Assembly: GCA_000004695.1 (NCBI GenBank)
Contig: CM000150.2
Location: forward strand, 3,520,001-3,584,000
Length of the DNA stretch: 64,000 bases
DNA from: Dictyostelium discoideum
Taxonomy: Eukaryota
Direction: 5' to 3'
Each line of letters begins with the position of its first letter. The first letter of the stretch is position 1. Positions 58,117 to 64,000 of this stretch are shown one piece after another. The notes under the pieces were generated by a model. It saw only the letters and a list, made by a program, of their open reading frames with translations, did not search any database and was not told the origin of the DNA. The position numbers and the translations under genes were made by a program.

Positions 58117-59341
58117 TTGTTGGGTTTGGAGATGAGTTGGATCTTTTTCTTTTTACTGTCTCTGGGGTTGCTGGAGATTCTGGATTTTGGATAGGTGACA
58201 TTGTTTGTCTTTTTTTGATTGAGGCTAACCTTGGGGTTTCCTTCTTTTTTTGGTTATTTATTTTTTCTTCAAAAATTCTGTTCTCTTCTTCATTTTCGAA
58301 CATCTTTCTTACCACTTCTAATGCTTCTTCATCTTCAGTTAACTCCATTTTCCTTTTCTCTTTGCTGTCAACACTATATGTTACTGTTATTGGTGGGACA
58401 CGAAGTACTTTTCTCTTTTCAATATTGTTTATTGTGTTTGTCGTTTCTGTCGTTGTGGTTGTTGTAGTTGCTCTAATTGTTGTGGGTTTTTTATTTTCAA
58501 TTTCGTTTTCCTTTACTTTTTCGTTTTTGCTCTTGTCTTTGATGTTGTCATTATTGATTTCTTTATTATTTTCTTTTCTGTTTTCTATTTTGTTTTTGTT
58601 GTTATTTTTTGATTCGCTAGTGTTTTTATGATTGGATTCTTCTTTTGATTTTATGTTTATTCTTGTGTTTTCCTTTATCTCGGGATTTGGTAGTTCCGTG
58701 ATTTTTGAATTTTCTGAGATTTCGTCTTCGATTTCCTTATTTGTTTTTCTTTGATTTTTTGTTTCTTCTGTTGTAGTGAGGAATAGTATTGTTATGTGTT
58801 TACAATGTATTAGCTGGTCTTTGTGCTCTGGACTGATAATTGAGTTGAATGAGTGTATTATCAGGTTTTCACCTAAATTATCTAATTTGATTATTTCCAG
58901 TCCTTCTTCATGCAATGTTTTTTCTACTATGTCCATTGATTTTTCCCAGTTGAATGTTTTGAAGATCTTTTTTGGTTTTATTATTGCTCTGTGAACTCCT
59001 TTTAGTACTCCGTTGAAAACGTTAGAGTACTTGATTACTTGAGTTCTGCAGTCAGTGAGGATTTTGAATTTATTCTTACTTATTATTATCTTATCATCTC
59101 CTTGTAAATGAATTTCCAATTCTGCTTTTAAGTTGTTGGAAATCTCATCTGGGATATTGATCATGAATTTATATTGTTTTAGTTCAATTTGAGTGTGGTA
59201 TATTGCTTCGCTTATTTTATCAAGTGTTCTGTACGTATTTTTTAAATATTTGAACTTTGTTCTGAGTTCATTTGATTTCTTGATTTTATCTGCCAATGTT
59301 TCTGTTGATTCTGTCATTATTGTATTTGCCAATTTATTCAT
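58117..59341 (-). CDS. TRE5-like ORF1 (N-terminal 409 codons); truncated by the LTR-element insertion so the present frame runs 2 codons into LTR/TSD sequence before a stop
   Basis: The track ORF 58112..59341 is K/E/N/T-rich, typical of non-LTR ORF1. Its last two codons are encoded by the LTR end and TSD. Confidence 0.7.
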
Positions 59342-59419
59342 TTCTTTTTTTTTCTTTAAAATCTTTATTCGACTTTAAAAATTTAAAATTCTGGAAATTC
59401 CCTGAAAGAATGTTTTCGG

Positions 59420-59469
<50 letters not shown>

Positions 59470-59472
<3 letters not shown>

Positions 59473-59523
59473 TCTTTTTTTTATATGAAAAATGAAATAA
59501 TCAAATAAAAAAAGTGTTGTTGT
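59470..59523. repeat. 54-bp direct repeat copy 1 (aagtcttttttttatatgaaaaatgaaataatcaaataaaaaaagtgttgttgtt); copy 2 at 59669..59722
   Basis: Two identical copies 199 bp apart in the 5' region of the TRE5-like element (A-module-like duplication). Confidence 0.85.
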
Positions 59524-59770
59524 TGATGTTTTTTCTCTTACTGATTATTTTTTCCTTTTTTTTTCAATTTTGCTTCGCAAAATTTTCAAAAAAAAGAAAA
59601 AAATAAATTACAATAAAATAAAGAAATAAAGTAGTTTACTCTAAGTGTATTTTATTTTATTTTTTTTAAGTCTTTTTTTTATATGAAAAATGAAATAATC
59701 AAATAAAAAAAGTGTTGTTGTTCTCACAAAAACCGGATAAAGCAAATTTAAGTTGTATCTCATCAAAAGT

Positions 59771-59843
59771 GCCTGGATGGCTCAGTAGGCAGAGCGAGCG
59801 GCTGTTAACCGCTAGGTCCATGGTTCGATCCCATGTCTAGGCG
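59771..59843 (+). tRNA. tRNA-Asn (anticodon GTT), 73 nt
   Basis: Acceptor stem GCCTGGA/TCTAGGC with one G-U pair. D-arm GCTCAGTAGGCAGAGC. Anticodon stem-loop AGCGG-CTGTTAA-CCGCT with U33 and GTT at positions 34-36. The T-arm CATGG-TTCGATC-CCATG is the B box. A T-run follows. Confidence 0.9.
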
Positions 59844-59853
59844 ATTCTTTTTA
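59844..59853 (+). terminator. Pol III terminator T-run (ATTCTTTTT) after the tRNA
   Basis: Seen directly. Confidence 0.6.
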
Positions 59854-60947
59854 AAGAAACTTAAATAGATCAAGGGATCGATGTCGATTTCAGAAAATAA
59901 TTTGGTTAAAAAAAAAAAAGTTTTTATTTTGAAGATGGTATAAATTTTTTTCTTTGCTAAAAAATCTTTTAAAAATTATCATGTTAATTTTCAAATATGT
60001 TTTATTCCAAAAAAATTCACATTATATTATAAAAATAATTTCATTAATGAATTTTCTATAAATTAACTTTATAGTACAAATGAATAACCAGTAAAAATTA
60101 TTTTAATAAAAAGAATGTTAAATAATGGTGGTAATTTTTTATAATTTTTTTATAAAAGAAAAAAATTAAGTTTTAAACTAAAGTCAATTTTTATTAATTT
60201 ATAATTTTTTTTTATAGCATCAACTTCATTTCTATATTTTTAATGTAAATATAAAAACCAATGGAAATTTCTTTTCTAAAAATCAAAAAAAAAAAAAAAA
60301 CAATTCCCATTCTCTCTACAACATATTCAGAATTATCTTAGTATGAAGAGATTATTCAAACACATACACACCACACCACACATTGTTAAAGATTAATCAC
60401 ATAAGGTTATTATTTTGGTACAATATAGAATTTTTTTTTAATATATATATATTGTATGTGTGTTTGATTTTTATTTATAAATAATAAAAAACACAGTCTG
60501 AATATATTATTCTTTGTTTTTGAGAGTGTGTTTGATTTTTAAAAAATTATTTTTCTATTTTTAATTTTTGTTCGTTTGAAGGAATGTGTGGGTTACCTTT
60601 TTGAATGTGGTTATATCTCATATATTTTCTTGTGAGAAAAGACAACCATTTTTTAAACATTCCACCCAACAAAAACAATACAAGTAAAAAAAACAATATA
60701 TTAAATTATTTTTTTTATTTTTGTTTTTATTTTTTATTTTTTAATTTTATTATTTTATTTTTTTTATTTTTTTTTTTTACAATGTAAATATTAATTTATT
60801 TATTTATTTGATTTTTATTCATTTATTAAAAAAATTGTGTAAAATAAAAATAAAGAGTTATAATTCATTTTTATATCTTGTAAAAATTTAATACTGTATT
60901 TTAATAACAATAATAAAAAAAAAAAAAAAAAAAAAAAAATAAATAAA

Positions 60948-61715
60948 ATGTATCAACCAAGAATTAATAATAACTATATATTATATCCAACATCACCACC
61001 ATTATTAAGTGAATGTTTTAGTGTTAGTTATCCACCTCCACCATTTTTAAATTGTAATAATAATAGTAATAATAGTTCACCGATAAATTCACCAAAAAGT
61101 TTCAATAATAATAATCATAGTAGTAATAATTTTAATATTACAAATGTAAACAATTTTTATTTTAATAATAATTTAAATAATAGTGGTAGTGGTAGTACTA
61201 GTAGTGGTGGTAATAGTGGTACACCACCATCACCAATTCAAATACCAATAATTTGTACAACAACTATAATAGTTAACCAATCATCTCCACAACCATTACC
61301 AATTCAATATCCACAAATTCAATTAGAAAAATTTAATTTATCACCAAATTCCAATTTATCAAATCAATTAAGCGATCATTTTAATAACAATAATAATAAC
61401 CATCAAAAAAAGAAACATAGATTATCTTGGAAAGAAATTAAAAAAGATTTTAATATTAAACATGAAATGGAAAAAGAAAAAAAGAAATGGAAAAAATTTG
61501 AAGAGAAAATTAAAGAAGAATTAACAAAAGATAAAATTAAAATGAAAAAAAATGAAATTAAAATGAAAAAAGAGTTGGAAATTGAAAATTGGAAAAAAAT
61601 AGAAATTAAATTTAAATCATTCTACTCTGAAGCTGAATGGAAATCATTTGAAACTAAATATCGAGATCAATTAAATCCTGAATTACTGGATACAATTTTA
61701 GATTTAATATTTTAA
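60948..61715 (+). CDS. hypothetical protein: N-terminal N/S/P-rich low-complexity region and C-terminal K/E-rich coiled coil
   Basis: A single 255-aa ORF with codon usage like the neighbouring genes. No recognisable domain. Confidence 0.45.
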   Translation: MYQPRINNNYILYPTSPPLLSECFSVSYPPPPFLNCNNNSNNSSPINSPKSFNNNNHSSNNFNITNVNNFYFNNNLNNSGSGSTSSGGNSGTPPSPIQIPIICTTTIIVNQSSPQPLPIQYPQIQLEKFNLSPNSNLSNQLSDHFNNNNNNHQKKKHRLSWKEIKKDFNIKHEMEKEKKKWKKFEEKIKEELTKDKIKMKKNEIKMKKELEIENWKKIEIKFKSFYSEAEWKSFETKYRDQLNPELLDTILDLIF

Positions 61716-61898
61716 AATAAAATATATTTTTTTTTTTTTTTTGTTTTTGTTTTTTTTTTTTTTTATAAATAATTAATATTATTTAATTCTTTTATTTAAT
61801 TTATTTATTTTTTTTATTTTTTATTTTTTATTTTTTTTATTTTTTTTATTATTTATTATTATTTATTATTATTATTATTTTTTTTTTTTTATAATATA

Positions 61899-64000
61899 TT
61901 ATTTTGATTGTAATAATTCTTGAATTCTTAAAGTTCTTTCATAAGAAGTTTTTAAGAAAGGATTTAAACCAGAGATGAAAGCATTACCAGATTGAAATTT
62001 ATCTAAAATTCTTAAGAGTTGACAAGTTGCATAACGTACTTCATCAGATTTATGGAAAAGACCAACAGCGACAGGGAATAAGCCACCATGTGATTTTGGA
62101 AGGTAAGAGAGGAACTCGGTTACTTGTTCTTCAGTTTTAATTGAATTTAAAAAGGAATGATAAATTTTTAAGACTTCTTTCTCTGGAATATGTTTTTTCT
62201 TACGAAGTTTACGAATTGAGGAGAGAATGGTATGATCTCTAATGGCACTAGTTCGTTTTGTATTTTCTTTATCAAAGAGATAGGTTGAGAATGTCTTTGT
62301 TTTCGTCCAAGCTTCAATACGTTGATGATTTGCATCGATTGCCAATTGACGTTGTTGATCATCCAAGAACTCTTCTTCATCCAATGCCATATCTACAATG
62401 TGTTGAGTATATTCTTGAAAGAGGGATTTAATTTTATCCTCACCATAGTGAGCAGAGATATTATAGTTTACCTCTGCCATGAAATCATTATCGTATTGTT
62501 GGAATTTATCAGGAATTTCAGTGACCAATGATGGATTCAATATAACCTTACCAGTACCAATATTACAAAGGATATCCCACCATTCTGAACGCTCTTCAAA
62601 CACTGGATTCGAAACACCCAATATAACACCAGTACTTGGTGGTAATTTATCGATTAAAATTTGATGATGTAAATTAATATTTGGGAAACATCTCTCCCTT
62701 GTTCCTTTCAATGGTGGACATACCATTGAACATGCTGCTAATACATAATTACAAATTTCATCAGCTCCACATCCATATCCTAAAAATATAATTCTCTTTT
62801 GTGATAATACACCATTAAATATTTTCATTACATCATTACCAAATTTTTGAACTAATCCAATAACTTTATACTAAAAATAAAAAAAATATAAATATTAATA
62901 ATTTTACTTTTTTTTTTTTTTATGAAAATTCTAAAGTACTTACATCACCAACTTCATCAGGGAAATATGTGATTGGTATATATAATGGCATTTTATTACC
63001 TAAATAAGTTATAGTGGTTGCATGAATATGTTTATTACGATCTGGTGATGAACGTAAAATATGTTTTTGAATATCGTTTAATTGTGGTACAGTTGTCATA
63101 TCTAAACTATTTAAAGAATTATATAATTCAACAATAACATCCAATGAAGGATTACTAAAATATTTTTGCATTGCTAATACAATAAATGGCTAAAAAAAAA
63201 AAAAAATATAAAAAAAAAAAAAAATCATTAATTATCTATATTATTATTATTACATCGATTTCTAGTAATGTAATGCTGATTCACTACTAATACTAATCCT
63301 AATATTAATTCTAATAATAATGCCAATCCTAATGCTAATGCTAATCCTAAAACTTAAACTAAAATTAAATAATGATTATCGTACTTTAAATATACTTATG
63401 AAAGGATGAGTCGTACAAATAGCCATCGATTTAACTACGGCACCTCTTTTAACTGTATCATCTTTTTGATTATTCATAAAGCTAAGACAATATAAGAAAT
63501 CTTTACATTTTTGATCCTCTGGTGTTTCTGAGATTGATGGATCTTTTGAATCTTTTGAATCTTTAGTTGTGTTATTTTCACCCTCTGTAGTTGTTGTATT
63601 GGTTGGTTGTATATTTTCAGTAGTTGTTGCTGTTGTTGTTGTTGTTGTAGTAGTAGTAGTATTGGTGTTGGTGTTGGTGTTGGTGTTGGTGTTGGTGTTG
63701 GTTGATGTATTAGTGGTTGGATCGATAGTTGTATTTTCTTCAGTAGTTGTTGATGGGTTTGTAGTAGTTGGTGAAGTTTCAGGTGATTCAGATTTATTAC
63801 TACCATTTTGTTGTTCTGCTTGAACCTCTGATATCATTCTAGTAAGATGTTCTAAAAATATCTTTTCTTCTGATAACTCTAAAAATCTAATACCTAAAGC
63901 TGTACTTGAATCTGTTAAAACACAATCAAATAATGGTTCAAGTTGTGTAAATTCTAAATCTGCATGTTTTTCACTAATTATAAATAAATAAACAAATAAA
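61899..64000 (-). CDS. DENN/AVL9-like protein (partial; N-terminus beyond the window end); exons complement(>64000..~63390, 62943..63189, 61899..62870)
   Basis: Donor GTAAGT at 62937-62942 and acceptors TTTAG at 62871-62875 and TTTTTTAG at 63190-63197, all in frame. KRIIFLGYGCGADEICNYVLAACSMVCPPL is a cDENN-like block. A (TN)n coding repeat from (ACACCA)n sits at 63661-63710. Confidence 0.5.

Larger units (their letters stand above)
47283..59722 (-). mobile_element. tRNA-gene-targeted non-LTR retrotransposon (TRE5/DRE-like) disrupted by a nested LTR element; 3' end approximate
   Basis: Minus-strand ORF2 (APE+RT+CCHC) and a split ORF1. A poly(T)/(ATT)n run on the plus strand is the A-rich 3' tail. 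The 5' terminus at 59722 lies exactly 48 bp from the tRNA-Asn. Confidence 0.7.

Noticed and set aside
57975-58631. 218-aa plus-strand ORF across the 3' LTR/ORF1 boundary, and small plus ORFs at 58219, 58776, 59193 and 59296
   Set aside because: They are antisense to the TRE5-like ORF1 or run into LTR sequence. They are hydrophobic low-complexity frames typical of antisense AT-rich coding DNA.

Overview
This window is AT-rich (~75-80%) nuclear DNA from a dictyostelid social amoeba, and it reads like Dictyostelium discoideum. The signs are long poly(A)/poly(T) runs, (CAA)n and (AAT)n coding repeats that give polyQ and polyN, and short AT-rich introns of the GTAAGT...YAG type. It is not a prokaryotic island, and I see no CRISPR, defense or toxin system. 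I hand-built about 18 protein-coding gene models from the ORF track plus splice-signal and phase checks: SETD3-like, MINDY deubiquitinase, PSMB3, a UBX protein, a CELF-type RNA-binding protein, a secreted G8-domain CEMIP/TMEM2-like protein, eIF4A3-like, a large RasGEF, CNOT9/RCD1, FHIP/FAM160, DNAJC25-like, a Nudix hydrolase, CCDC25, two tandem MSMO1/ERG25 sterol oxidase paralogs, farnesyltransferase beta, a GH31 acid alpha-glucosidase, a K/E-rich hypothetical protein, and a partial DENN/AVL9-like gene. There is one tRNA-Asn(GTT). The most structured region is 47.3-59.8 kb. A minus-strand tRNA-targeted non-LTR retrotransposon (TRE5/DRE-like) ends 48 bp upstream of the tRNA. Its ORF1 is split by a nested 6,997-bp plus-strand Ty3/gypsy chromovirus (Skipper-like) with 390-bp LTRs, a 5-bp target-site duplication TTGTT, a gag zinc knuckle, an in-frame TGA between gag and PR-RT-RH-IN-chromodomain pol, and a polypurine tract. 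Product names rest on remembered family motifs; exon boundaries are hand-derived, and a few use non-canonical donors, which I flag.
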